From NCBI GenBank assembly GCA_965235115.1, contig OZ249445.1, forward strand, positions 15,500,001-15,564,000: DNA of 64,000 nucleotides. The letters are read 5' to 3'. The stretch is from Laetmonice hystrix (taxonomy: Eukaryota). Positions 12,482-26,297 of this stretch are shown here, piece by piece (within the stretch, counting starts at the first letter, position 1; each line of letters opens with the position of its first letter). The notes beneath the pieces are model-generated. The model saw nothing but the letters and a program-made list of their open reading frames with translations, ran no database searches and was not told the DNA's origin. Position numbers and translations under genes: made by a program.

Positions 12482-14413
12482 CTGCACAAACACAACACGA
12501 CCATTCTCATGAGACAACTATCACAGATACATATTTCTCACTTCTTATTCAAAATTCCAGCTGAAAACTTCTACTCAAACACCACCAATAAACGGCCGGC
12601 CCTTGAACGTCTCGATTTAGCCTAAATTACTATTACGCACTTGCCTTTTTCAGTGAAATTATCTCACCGTTAAATTATTTTGACCTGTAGGTCTTTGAAA
12701 CAACCATTAAAGGGAGATGGGAGAGTTTGCAGCTCGCCATATCTCCGTGAAGTTCCTACAAACATTGAGTGTAGTAGCGGGAAGGAGATAAGATTTACCA
12801 CCTGTCACTATCATGGTTTATATACCATACTATGGTCGTACTATGGAGGTGAAGGACGATGGCTGTGGTGGTATCGGCTCGTATTAAAGTCTACTTCTCC
12901 CAGACTTTAATTAACCGATGTCAGCCCCCCCCCCCCCACCACCACCACCACCACCACCACCACTCCCTGCCAGTCCCCACACACAGGTAACCTGGATCGC
13001 CTCTAACGGTAGCCTGTGATTGGTTCCCGTGGCCAAGTCGGTAGGACGAGGCCCGTGGCGCCACCTACCACCAATCACCATTGCTATTCCATCAGACAAA
13101 CATCCTCCCCGCTGCCACAATGGGCCGCCGTTCGATGCCCCCCTGACAATACCCCCCCCCCCCCCCCGGGCGGGCGGCTCATGTCAGCTTTATCTCAGTG
13201 GTTCAGCCATCATACACACTCGAAATGGGCAAGCTCTGCCCCCCCTCCTCCGTGCTAACGTCTATAACACAGGCAGAAATCTTACAACCCTAGCCGCCTA
13301 AGCGGTGGGCCTTTCATAGTTTTTTTGTGCTTCAGCACTGTAATAGAGAACCACTGCATTCATTTGATTGGAAATATCATTTTGTTTACAGCCACTTTTC
13401 GAAGAAAGGGTTTCACGTTAATCACAGGGACAAACAATGCAGCGTGATTTTACCGAACATGCGACGATTCTTAACGTTACTTAACAGATCAACTTTCACA
13501 CCCTCAGCCGGCCGCCATTACTCTTTACAACTATACATTACGAGAACACGCAACCGTTCGCTCAGATTCTCATCAGTTAAGACTGGTCCTTTTTTCACAT
13601 CTTTCTGTCATCAATACAGAACTTCAATAGTTTCCATGTATCAATGTGCTAACCTTTTCGTCCCGAACACAGTGACAACAAAGATCTATGAATCTTTGGT
13701 GACAATTACCAAATAGTGCCGGTAAATGCAAACCAATTTTCTGAACCAAAAATCAGAATTATTATAATTCAACCAGGCCTCCCGACAATAAATGTTTTTG
13801 AACGCTATAACTTTCTAGCATCGGTGTCGATGACTACGTCTATTGGGTGAATAGATCACCCAGTCTCAGATCACCCAGTCTGAGCTCACACTTGGGAGTT
13901 TGGAGGGGGGGGGGGCTGAGGACGTTGATGATCATGCACGCGGTCCGACATGTGACATTACTTAGGCCGAGGTCTGTCCTTAAACCACCTATTCTCGACC
14001 CCCCCTCCCCCCTGAGATACAATTACAATTTCACAAAATGATTCTCATTTGTATCACCATCTCCGATTCCTTTTGTGATATTAACAATCGGAGCATCCCA
14101 GTTTACGGACCAGTTATTACAGATATTCTACAGTTCTAAAATCACAATCACAGTTCCCTGCAACTCTATTCCCACTCAGCTTTACTCAATATATTAGCTA
14201 CTACATAAACTAAAGAGTATGACAGAACCTTCCCCATGTGTATATTTGGAAAGCATATTCGACCGGCGGATATCGGCCTTCCACAAGAAGACCTGGATGA
14301 GGACTGCTAAGGCATCGTTTTAACTCCAATCAGACGCACTCCATTAGATTAATCAGTAATCTGTCGCTCGTCGCACGTTTAATTACAGGCCAGCATGCAA
14401 GCTCAGGCGGCCA

Positions 14414-14427
14414 CCACCAGAGGGCGT
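14414..14427 (+). promoter_or_regulatory. Candidate CTCF site (13/14)
   Basis: CCACCAGAGGGCGT. Confidence 0.35.
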
Positions 14428-17400
14428 GACTCAAGGAACCTCCAGCAGACGACAGCCGGCTGGTCAGACGACGTGTCGGCTGCTAGACGCCACTACCTTC
14501 AACCTGAACATTGGAGTGGGCGGGGGGGGGGGGGGCTTAGGCTTTCCACGGCATGCACAAATAGATCTTTTACTTTCATTGTTTCTGTCAGACTCAAGCT
14601 GTCAGCCTGAAATCGACAGCAGGTGTTAAGACTTTGAAACTGTCAATTTCATCAATGGAAACCATTTGGTGATAGCTCGGGTAAAATGTTATCGTTAACC
14701 TTGATTAATTTTACGCTTGACATTTTCAAATACCTGGGGGGTTCTAACAATAGGACTGAAAATTAGCTACCAACCGACATGTCTAAAATATTTAGAGTGA
14801 AGCCTGAACATTGTTTCATAAATCAATAGAAATTGAAAGCTTTCATTTTGGATTTTATTTCTGTTAACCGGATTTCGGCTATGGCTAAGGATTCTTACGA
14901 TATACACAGAATTATTAAATAACTGTAACATGTTTGGAAGTTTGCAGAGGTGGGGAAAGTGTTAATGTAAAAAAACATAGAACGAAGAAAAGCAAGGCTT
15001 AACATGTCGGTGGACGGTGTTTATAATTATCTAGTGAGCTTAGTGGCAGCCGTGGCGATGGTTTGTGTGTTTGCTGACGTGATCGACAAGATTACGGATT
15101 CCTTACGCCGCCAGCCTGCGCCGTTTATTGTCAGACACGCATGTCATTGTGTGTTAGCGAATGGAATCAACACCTTCCGCCGCTCGCTGCCATCAGGGGC
15201 CGGTACGAGAACAATCTACTGATTGTCCACTTGCCGCCAGACACGGACATATTGTTCTTAGCAAGAGATGCTATTCTTCACACCCCATATATAGACAATG
15301 TTCCCGATTACGTTCCCGATTACTGGAAATTTTGAAGAACGGTTAGAAACTTTTTAAGAACTGTCCGACGAAAGTCGATAACTACACAGATTATTAAAAC
15401 TTTTAAAAAATGAAATTCTTAGTAGAGGAGGTCTATTACAGGAAAGTCTCAATTGCCTATGACCTTCTTCAAGATAGTTACTATATTTAGGATTATAACA
15501 CAGAATCGATAATTAATTTTATTGTCAAATTTTACTTTCGAATATGCCAAGTAACATAATGTTGTAACCTATAACCGGTAAAACGAAATGTTCAAAACCA
15601 CACATTCTACGCTGGTGCGTTCATTACCCGCTCTCGTCACTAACATAGAAAGTCAGGTAACACTTTCTCCACAAGGCTCGTTGTCTTAGTCTCCTGCTCT
15701 GTTAATCCTTCACCTGTTGTTTGTAATGACACTCTCTTACTCGGCACTCTGGGCCGTGCTATTAACAGGCACATCAAGCGACCAGCCATTGCATGATCTA
15801 AGGATGGCAGTCAGCCCACTTCTAACAACTCACTCCACAAATGTACGCGTGTGGGTGTGTTAGCCGAGTGAGACATTCAGACAGACTTTATGTTTGTTGT
15901 CAGTCGACTCTGGCAGCTCCAGCCCTGGCCCCACCCATTCTACAATATCCGCAACTATTTCAAGGTCACTGACATTATCTGGTTGAAAGGTGCAGGGCTG
16001 TTGATGGAGGATATAACGAAACATTTCCAGTGTGCGGCTGAACATATGACCGATAGTTCCGCGTTCTCAGCCAGCAGTGATGATCATATTCCAATGAGTA
16101 ATGCGTAGAATGTCTCATTCCAAACTCTAATAGCGTCTACAGAATGACTTCGTCACTTGGCGCGGCGTCGGCTTCTTACAAATAATGGCTGTGTCAAACA
16201 GACAATTGTCTCTCTCTATGGTGGATCCCTGACGTATCCCTGACGTGGGCGGTGTGGGTCGTCCGTCTTCTCGGCTCGCGTCCTGTCAGACCCAGGTCCT
16301 CGAGTCTCGGGAAACCACACTAACAGTTGCCAAACTGACTTGGACTCCCTGCTCAGCATTTCACAAGATTTTACAATCTCATCCCCAAACCAGTTCCTCC
16401 TTATATCTCAGATAAATATTCTACTTAAAGATGTTACAGTGCATTTTAAGATAAAGTACTTGCTATTCTAAGACTTGGGTTTCACTACAGACGTATCCCA
16501 GGCTATAATCTTAGACAGATTTAATGGATTATCTTGATGGGTCTGAGAGAAGATGTCACTGATGATAGTATGACTGGTCCTGTCATTTCTCACTGGGAAT
16601 GCCGTAGGATTCACTACGGTAGGCCTGGTGTGCTGTTGCTATACGGAATAAACTGGTCTGTAAGTGGTGTGTTGCACACCCATACGGTACGTGCACCTGT
16701 GGCTGGTCGCCAAATGATCTTCACATTTACCTGCCGTACAGGTAACGTTACGCGGCCGACAGTTTAGAGTACACCTGCATTAAACCTTCAACAATTTCAT
16801 AAAAGTCATGATGAGAACAGTGGGAATGGCACTCTCAGCTCATGACCGTTTTTCCTGACTTTCAGTCGTTCAAAGCTGAGCCTACCACAGCTCATACATA
16901 AATCTGTTACATCACGTACTGCCTTCTGAAGTCCTGCCTTTGTCCCCGAGGCGTGTACTCTGGTGTGTGGCCGCAGTGAATTTTCTACTAGTGTCGACTT
17001 AACTTTGATCTTCCACATACAATCACTACTTACTCTTTGACAACGTTTCCATTATTCACGGTTCAAGGAACTGACGAAGAAATGTTCCAGGACTGGGTTT
17101 GTTAACAAAGTAACATTTCCTAGTCCCTCATCTTTATCTCATGGAATAGTACACATAATCAAAGTGAATAAAACAAAATATCAAATAACAAAACTAGGAA
17201 CGCGGGGCAACAGGAACAACGACTATTCAAAGCCATTCCCTCACGCAGGCTCAGTAGCACTATACTTTATTTCACTTGAGTAAAAACATAATGCTAGTAT
17301 ACCTAGAGATAGTATCTAATTTATCTGGCCCTGCCAACACCCCGACTAGACTTGACGACAACCTAGACAGGGGTGTATCAGGGAGCGATTTACTACCTGG

Positions 17401-19111
17401 AAGTCATCGATTGGATGAACTGTTGACGATCTCCCCCCCCCCCCCACCCCTCAACAAGCCCCCTTCCCACCCCCGCCAAGTCCCACAATCTGGTTATCTC
17501 AGCCTCAGCCACTCCCTACCAGGCTGATTACCACGACCGTTCTTATTGAAGGCTTCTACTCTCTGATAATGTCTTACTCGCCAAGACCGTTTAGCTTAAT
17601 CAAACATTTTTACAAACATTTTTTCCAAAACAGAGCAAAAATATGTATTTTACAGGGCCTGTATCAGTACTTGTATTTGAGAGCTAATTAGTGTCGCTTT
17701 TTATGAGAGCGTACTGCCCCACTGTTCTCAATTAAAAGTGTACCTGCTTTGCTCTACTGTTTGACAACATTTAGTACAGTGATGAAATCATACTCACCAT
17801 GTACATCTACTGTATCAATGAGTCGCAAACATTTCCTAAGTCATAATACTCACATACACGCAGCATATATTTCCAAACTACCTAAATAATTGGCCCTTTT
17901 GGCTCTGGATAATTTGTTGTTTTTCCCCTCTCTCCTGGAGCACAACTAATGATAGGTCTCACATGATCACTGTGAACGGTCACATTGCTGCCCCTTTAGT
18001 TAAGGAGTGATCAGATAACGTCTGTAAACAGCCGGCAATAGCCTGTATACATCAGTTGTTAGACACAAATCTCCAAGCTCAACCTTACTCCAAACGTATT
18101 AAATAGCTCTCGGTGAACCCTATCTTCTTAACCCACAATCTCCGAGCTCCACCCTCCAGTTGTACATCTGTAATCCCCAGTGGCTACAAACAAGTCCACT
18201 GTAGCCGGGGTGGAAGATATACTATTCAAATTTATCAATTTGCCCCCATTTAAAAAAAAAAGAAAAAGTAGCAGTCGAGCCATTGGATAGCTGTTTGTGC
18301 GCTGGCTAGCGTTGGTAATCAATAAGACGTCAGGAATAATACATGCTGCTGCCAGCCGACTCCAGGCTGAGCCGAGGTAGCCGGCCACAAAGAAGCCCGG
18401 ACTGGACAAGTTGGGACTGGCCATGCCAGCGCCATCTCTCACCGAGCCCGGCGGCTGTCCTCCCACCCGCCACCCGGGCCCTGATAGTTTATCTCTGGCC
18501 CCGGCCGCTAGGGGACATCCCTCACACGGTAAAAACCACCTTCTTCCCCTCCCTTTGTCTGCCCGGCTGGTCGCCCCTCAGACATCAACCACAACCCTGG
18601 CCGGCCTTGACAACCTGTCCTTAACGTCGTTTACATCAGCCTCGTGTACCTTACCGGCATTGTCAAACAACGTCTTACCCATGTCTCAAGTTGGGTTTCT
18701 AGTTTCACATACCAAACTCTACCTACACCATGCATGTAGTCATTCAGCCTGAAGTCTGTGGCTCACGTTCAATCCAAATGGTCATGTAGTGAACAGTCCT
18801 GAACCTTCTTAAAGAATCAAAGGTTGATCAAGAACTCGCTGACAATGGGGAACATGGTCGCCGCCTTTTCCGCATGGCGGCAGCACTGTGCAAGCGGTTC
18901 AGGAGGCGACATTTTAGCATAGAATTAGATAGGCTGATATCTGCTAATCTGTGGCTGGTTGCCTTACCGACATTTGTTTTAAAAAGGTATGACAATTTTT
19001 AAACATCTTTCATTCACTTTAGTCCAAATGAGTTAATATTATTTAGTAATGATAAGGTTAGGTCATCCTACAGCACATTAGCATTTCGTCGTCCTATCTA
19101 ACCTTATGCTA

Positions 19112-19927
<816 letters not shown>

Positions 19928-21263
19928 TTAATCTACTCTTTCTAGAAGTAATCCAACAGGTACAATAACATCCCAACAGATCGACACATCTGACAGATCG
20001 CCGCGGGATTATTTTTTAAAAACTTTGTGCGAAAAGAGCGTTGTCATTAGGCAGCGACATTTTACATAATCACTGGCGATGTAAAATAACACGACCATCT
20101 CCGAATCCTGTCATAATCCGACTGAAACCCAGCGGTTGTGACAGAGTGACTGCAGGCGTGGATCTGTCCCTATCGATTACACCTTGGGCACTGTCCTCAC
20201 TGTCAGTAACGTATGGACAGAAAGCCACTTTCATCAAACCGGTTTCTACCGTATCGCCGAGTTACAGACAGCACTGGTTAATGGAGATCTTCAAACGTAC
20301 TAACCTCTTCATCTGTTCACCTCCCTTAAATTCTAATTACACCTATATATAATATATATCTTCTGACTATACCTGTGGTGCTCAACCCCATCTACCTGTA
20401 CCATTCACTTTCTATCTCTTGCCAACCCCCCCCCCCCCCCCGTCTAAATCCTTCTGACTATCCCTCTGTCCGTCCAACTCCTTACCGACCCTCACACAAC
20501 CAGAGACAGCTAGCTACCTCCGTACAGACCACCACAACACAAATATCTTTACAAGAGGATCACTTTTTACCCATCCTCCTCTCCATCATCAAACCCAGAG
20601 TTATTTTTTTATAGCTGACTCTGATCGTATCTAACACACAGCACCAGTCGGCATGCATCACTCCAAGTCATCCAGACGCCATCACAAAAAACACATTCGA
20701 TCCTAGCCGATAACACACACAACCTCCTAGAGCTGATAACGTGCAACAATCCATGAAAACTCTTATCTCCATGCAAAGTACATATTTTAAAACGGCCTTG
20801 ATGGCTCTTGTCAGCTGGCCGGCAAGAGGAAGCGCTCGTCAGCCAAGACGTAAATCATTCCAATACAAGCTTTAATTGGTTACAAATCTCCTAGAACATC
20901 TTTCAGCACCCTGATCTCAACATGCTATATCGGAGTCTATCAATAATTAGACAAAGCTACAGTTGGTGAAAGCAAGGACAGCTGCGCATTTCCTAAACAC
21001 TATTCTAAGATAGTTTATCTAAGTTTTAATTATGTTTTTTTCTGCCATGACATGGTGCCCACGGCCGCCCAGCTGACGCCAGGACGCTGTCAGTTGTATG
21101 GTCCTAAACTCGACCACTAATGAGACTGAGATCAATAAAACCTGCCAACCCGTCCTTGGAGTCACGGGTAAGGACAGTGTTAGTCACACGGAGACAACCT
21201 TCAGCGTGTACAAACACACGAGCCATGCCATTACGGTCCCACTGCCAGTCTAACTCTCATCTC

Positions 21264-21819
21264 TTACACACTGTATCATGGTAGGCGTATTGCCAGTCTG
21301 TCCTTCCTGTCTGTTACACACTGTATCATGGTATACGTATTGCCAGTCTGTCCTTCCTGTCTGTTACACACTCTATCATGGTATACGTATTGCCAGTCTG
21401 TCCTTCCTGTCTGTTACACACTGTATCATGGTATACGTATTGCCAGTCTGTCCTTCCTGTCTGTTACACACTGTATCATGGTATACGTATTGCCAGTCTG
21501 TCCTTCCTGTCTGTTACACACTGTATCATGGTATACGTATTGCCAGTCTGTCCTTACTGTCTGTTACACACTGTATCATGGTATACGTATTGCCAGTCTG
21601 TCCTTCCTGTCTGTTACACACTGTATCATGGTATACGTATTGCCAGTCTGTCCTTCCTGTCTGTTACACACTGTATCATGGTATACGTATTGCGAGTCTG
21701 TCCTTCCTGTCTGTTACACACTGTATCATGGTACATGTATGTATACGTAATGCCAGTCTGTCCTTCCTGTCTGTTACACACTGTATCATGGTAGGCGTAT
21801 TGCCAGTCTGTCCTTCCTG
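21264..21819. repeat. 50-bp minisatellite, ~11 copies
   Basis: Unit CTGTATCATGGTATACGTATTGCCAGTCTGTCCTTCCTGTCTGTTACACA, starting at 21271, 21321 and onward. Confidence 0.97.
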
Positions 21820-22725
21820 GCAGTATCTCACTCTCGGACATTGGAAAGATCGCTTGGACGCGGACATAAAAAATACACTTACTCTTATACAATATGGTAC
21901 TTTTAAAACATTATTTAATTACGGTTCAACCCTGTATATCTAAATCCTAGGTCCAGTGTTCCGTATTAACACGATGGTTCAAATATAAAACTTGAATCGT
22001 GACGAATCAAATCAAACCTGGTAAGTAAGATTGAGTTACTGGGCAGATATTTTATGTTGGATTTCACGGACTAATAAAATCTGGTCCGTTGTACGTCTTT
22101 ATAGCACACAACTCCAATATTGCCGCCGGAAGTGTGGGGCCAGAAAAAAATCTGCCGAGGGAAGAAAAGAATTTGATGAGGGTGCACCATATGGTGAGCG
22201 CGAGGAGGTGGATTAACTGTCTCCTTGACCGCCCGGTGTGACCCAGTTAGTGGGGACGGGTGGGAGGGGTGGTGGGGTCACACCTGACCGGAACCACGAT
22301 CACCCACTGCCCACGCCGTGGTGCCCCCACCCCCTGGTACCACCATCACCGTTAGAACGGAGACCAGTCTCTCCAACACGTCGGAAAACCACCACTTGAT
22401 CCACGTTCATTATTCACAAGGTTGTCAGGACGCGGGTCGGCGGCGGCGGGAGGGTTGCTGTTCGTATTCCTCTGGCACCAGTTACCGGTCAAACTGACCA
22501 GTTCCCTGACTGACCAGTCCCCGCGGGGGGGGGGGGGGTGGTGGTGGTCATTATGATTCCGCGGCCACTGGTGTGGAGGCGTTTCCAGTGGTTACTTGTT
22601 GGAGTTGACTGTCACATATCAGGTGTCCAATATGGACACAGTAAGATGGTCACGATGGACGTGTGACAAATGTACGAGTCTCTCCACAGATCACAGCAGG
22701 TTCACCACAATGGGACGTGGGTCAG

Positions 22726-22960
22726 CAGGGGCGGATCCAGGGGGGCTTCGACCGTTTTCTCGGAAACCAGGCAAAGGTTTAGCTCCCCCCCCCCCCCTCA
22801 AACAACAATAATGTCTTGACACAAATATTTAATTTCCAGGCTATATTTTCTGTCTGATTTTCAGTAATGTTCTTGCCTAAAACGCAATAAAGCACTCCAA
22901 TTTTTCATTTTTTTTCCAGGGGAACATGCTTCGGGCCCCGGACGCCCCCCTAGGACGCCT
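22726..22960 (+). mobile_element. Truncated hAT-type MITE end
   Basis: Begins CAGGGGCGGATCCAGGGGG, a terminus I recognise from widespread hAT-derived MITEs, then has a C tract and a ttttccaggggaacatgc block. The partner TIR was not found. Confidence 0.35.
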
Positions 22961-23006
22961 ATAGTGGAGACCAGTCCGGAAACAGTCCCTCGTCAGTCAC
23001 TTTCAC

Positions 23007-23577
23007 GAGAAACGTCAGTTGTACACAGTATAACAAACAGTAGGCGGAGAATTGAGAAACGTCAGTTGTACACAGTATAACAAACAGTAGGCGGAGAATT
23101 GAGAAACGTCAGTTGTACACAGTATAACAAACAGTAGGCGGAGAATTGAGAAACGTCAGTTGTACACAGTATAACAAACAGTAGGCGGACAATTGAGAAA
23201 CGTCAGTTGTACACAGTATAACAAACAGTAGGCGGAGAATTGAGAAACGTCAGTTGTACACAGTATAACAAACAGTAGGCGGAGAATTGAGAAACGTCAG
23301 TTGTACACAGTATAACAAACAGTAGGCGGACAATTGAGAAACGTCAGTTGTACACAGTATAACAAACAGTAGGCGGACAATTGAGAAACGTCAGTTGTAC
23401 ACAGTATAACAAACAGTAGGCGGACAATTGAGAAACGTCAGTTGTACACAGTATAACAAACAGTAGGCGGAGAATTGAGAAACGTCAGTTGTACACAGTA
23501 TAACAAACAGTAGGCGGAGAATTGAGAAACGTCAGTTGTACACAGTATAACAAACAGTAGGCGGACAATTGAGAAAC
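23007..23577. repeat. 47-bp minisatellite, 12 near-perfect copies
   Basis: Unit GAGAAACGTCAGTTGTACACAGTATAACAAACAGTAGGCGGA(G/C)AATT. Confidence 0.98.
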
Positions 23578-23849
23578 CAAACGACAGGAGAGTGACACAG
23601 ACTGGCGGGTATTACTAAAGTATTTCACACAACAACACGTAATGACGTAAGGATCTGTACCGTTCTTGCTCTCACAACGAGGTATGAACAGTAATAGTTA
23701 CAGGCAGCAGGCTCTTGACCTGCAGTGACAGCTGTGACAGGAGTTAACCTCACTTGCTCTCTGCCATCGTCGTCCTACTCTGAGAACAATCATTGAATCT
23801 GTGACCCAGTCACTTGTGGTGTGACCTCTCACATCATCAACCCATTTAT

Positions 23850-24055
23850 CTGGACCCAAACCCTCAAAACAAGTTCTTGACGTTTTCAATTACGTTTCCA
23901 GTACCAGTAAACATGCTTCATGTTTTCCAAGCAATAAATACTGCGTTCTCCAAACATCTGAACATGTTCTTGTTGTTTTCAATTACGTTTCTACTACCGG
24001 TAAACATGCTTCATGTTTTACAGGGAATACTGTGCTGTTCAAACCTCTAAACACG
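23850..24055. repeat. Degenerate ~93-bp tandem duplication
   Basis: GTTTTCAATTACGTTTC...GTAAACATGCTTCATGTTTT at 23882 and 23975. Confidence 0.8.
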
Positions 24056-25745
24056 ATTGAGATCACCTGCACTCAATGACCTGTCCCAATACTGTCCCAT
24101 ACTGTCGTGTAAACTCCCTTAACACACACAGTATAATCCCGCCATCTTTCAACCTTACATGGAGGCAACCTTTACCACCATCAATGCCTTGCCACACCAC
24201 CTGCCACACATTCTGCCACATGCCACCCAGGACGAAAGTTGACTGAGGCCACCGACCATGGCCCCACACGAGAGGTCTAACTCAATATGGCATTAATACC
24301 TCCCCCTCTGCCCTCCTCAACCCTGTCCGTGCTGATCATCTCATCGAAAATTTATAACCGACAACCCACGATCAAGGTTTTTGTCATGGCTGTACTTAGG
24401 CACGGGGCGCGCAAGTGTTGGTTGGCCCCCAATTACTGACACATTTCCCACCAAGCGCGCCAAGCCGGTAAGCCGGGCGTCGGCCACAAAGACGACATTC
24501 TCGACAGCTAAATGGTCGTAGACAACATGAAGAGGAGCGACCATGTAGAGGTACCGTTATCCTAACGTGGGAATCAGTATGGCAGTATTGAATGGCCTCA
24601 AAGAGAAATTCTCGAAGATAATGGACCTTCAGCGCCAAGAGAACAAGTGAAGATACCGTATCCGTTTAGTGTAACTAACAGGGCCCAGTTAGGACGTGAA
24701 TATAATAATTTTGAAGACTTCAATATTTTCCAAGACAATAGGATAAGTGGGGCACAGAATATACGTAATAAACACAACAAACAACAGTTGCCTACGATAT
24801 CTATTTTCTTGATTCTACCAGGCTGCGTATTGAATAGCAACTTTTAACCATGCCATGAATCCCAAAGAAAGGGTGAACAGATATACAGTGTTCGCCCCAT
24901 GACGACTTGGCTTTGTTCGCACGCAATGTGTGACATTTCGGACTGCTGAATGATACAGGAGGACTTCGTCATACACTAATGGCCCAATCGTGATCAATTC
25001 ACTTAGGCCCCACTGTTGACTTAATTGTTTTTTTAAACTACCACACGCGCCAAACTTCGGGTGCCAACAACCGCTCCCAGACTCGAGTATATTTCGAGCC
25101 CTGCCCTAGTTTCCATCTGCGTACGTTTGAAATAACTAACAAACAAAGATATGTATACAGATCTATATCTGGGGACACATTACTGTTCTCAAAAAGTACT
25201 CTCAATACCCTGGTCCCGAACAATGGAACTTGTGTGGTCTCAAGATCTCCTGGGATATACCGGTACATCTCACTGACTGAGGACAGTCTGAACTTCAGAG
25301 AGAAACTTCTGAAGGCACAGCAGTAAAGGATTGTACCACGTAGAACTACTGCATGACCAGCCTTTCGAGCCATTGTGTGCCAACCCCACAAAATACGCGG
25401 CCTTTCCCTATACTGACTCTAACCATGCCATTTGCATGTAGACCAGTGGGGATCTACAAAGTGTTCATATAATATTCATACACTTTTGCTTGCCTGCAGG
25501 CTTCGAGCAAAGATCTACCCCCTTGCCTCCAATTTATCCCACCCTGGCAGTACAGGTTACTGCCCTGTCTGATAACACCCCTATGATCAGAAAATGTTGA
25601 TGCCACATTCCCTTCACAATTTAGCCTGCTTTAATATCCACTTTCAATATACTACTTACATCACATTTGCCCTTTAATCTTCACTAGAGATCCCCTACGC
25701 AATCAGGGGTCAGTAATGTGGGGTTATCACTCCCTGAGATGGCCT

Positions 25746-25759
25746 CCAGCAGGTGGCAG
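25746..25759 (+). promoter_or_regulatory. Candidate CTCF site (full consensus match)
   Basis: CCAGCAGGTGGCAG matches CCASYAGRKGGCRS at 14/14. Confidence 0.5.
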
Positions 25760-26297
25760 ATTCCTACTATAAACATGGATAGCCATGGATGTAATAAACG
25801 GGCACCGGTAGTTCAATCAGACCTTCTCCAAAGGCCACATTCCATATCCTACTTACAGCTCCTTCTACACTGGACTCCCATGGAATGGCTTGTACGCTCT
25901 GTACGTCTCCATGGCTCACTAACTCTGTCCTGATCAGGACCTGGTCACTCTGTGTTAGTGAGGGTTAGACACAGACCGTTGGTTATCTTTGTGAGGGGTG
26001 GGTGTGGGTGTAGGAGCAGTGAGGTCAGTTAGGGCAGTAGCCGTTCTCTGATCAATTTAAACTCCCCATTCTGATCACTCTCCCTGTCTGTCCTTCCGAC
26101 GACCGTCGGTCACTCTCCCTGTCTGTCCTTCCTGTCCTTCCGACGACCGTCGGTCACAATCACAGGTAACGACCGGGCTCCACACCGCCTGAATGAACCA
26201 CGACACAACCGTCAATATCGTCACTGGAGAATGGTATGAAAACCGTCACCAAAATACCAAGTCATTTCATGGTCAGCAACATCAAATCTTATTGTAG

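Noticed and set aside
13271-13295. Possible Helitron 3' end (CCGC-TTAG-GCGG-CTAG on the minus strand)
   Set aside because: The stem is only 4 bp with no spacer before CTAG, and no 5' end was identified.
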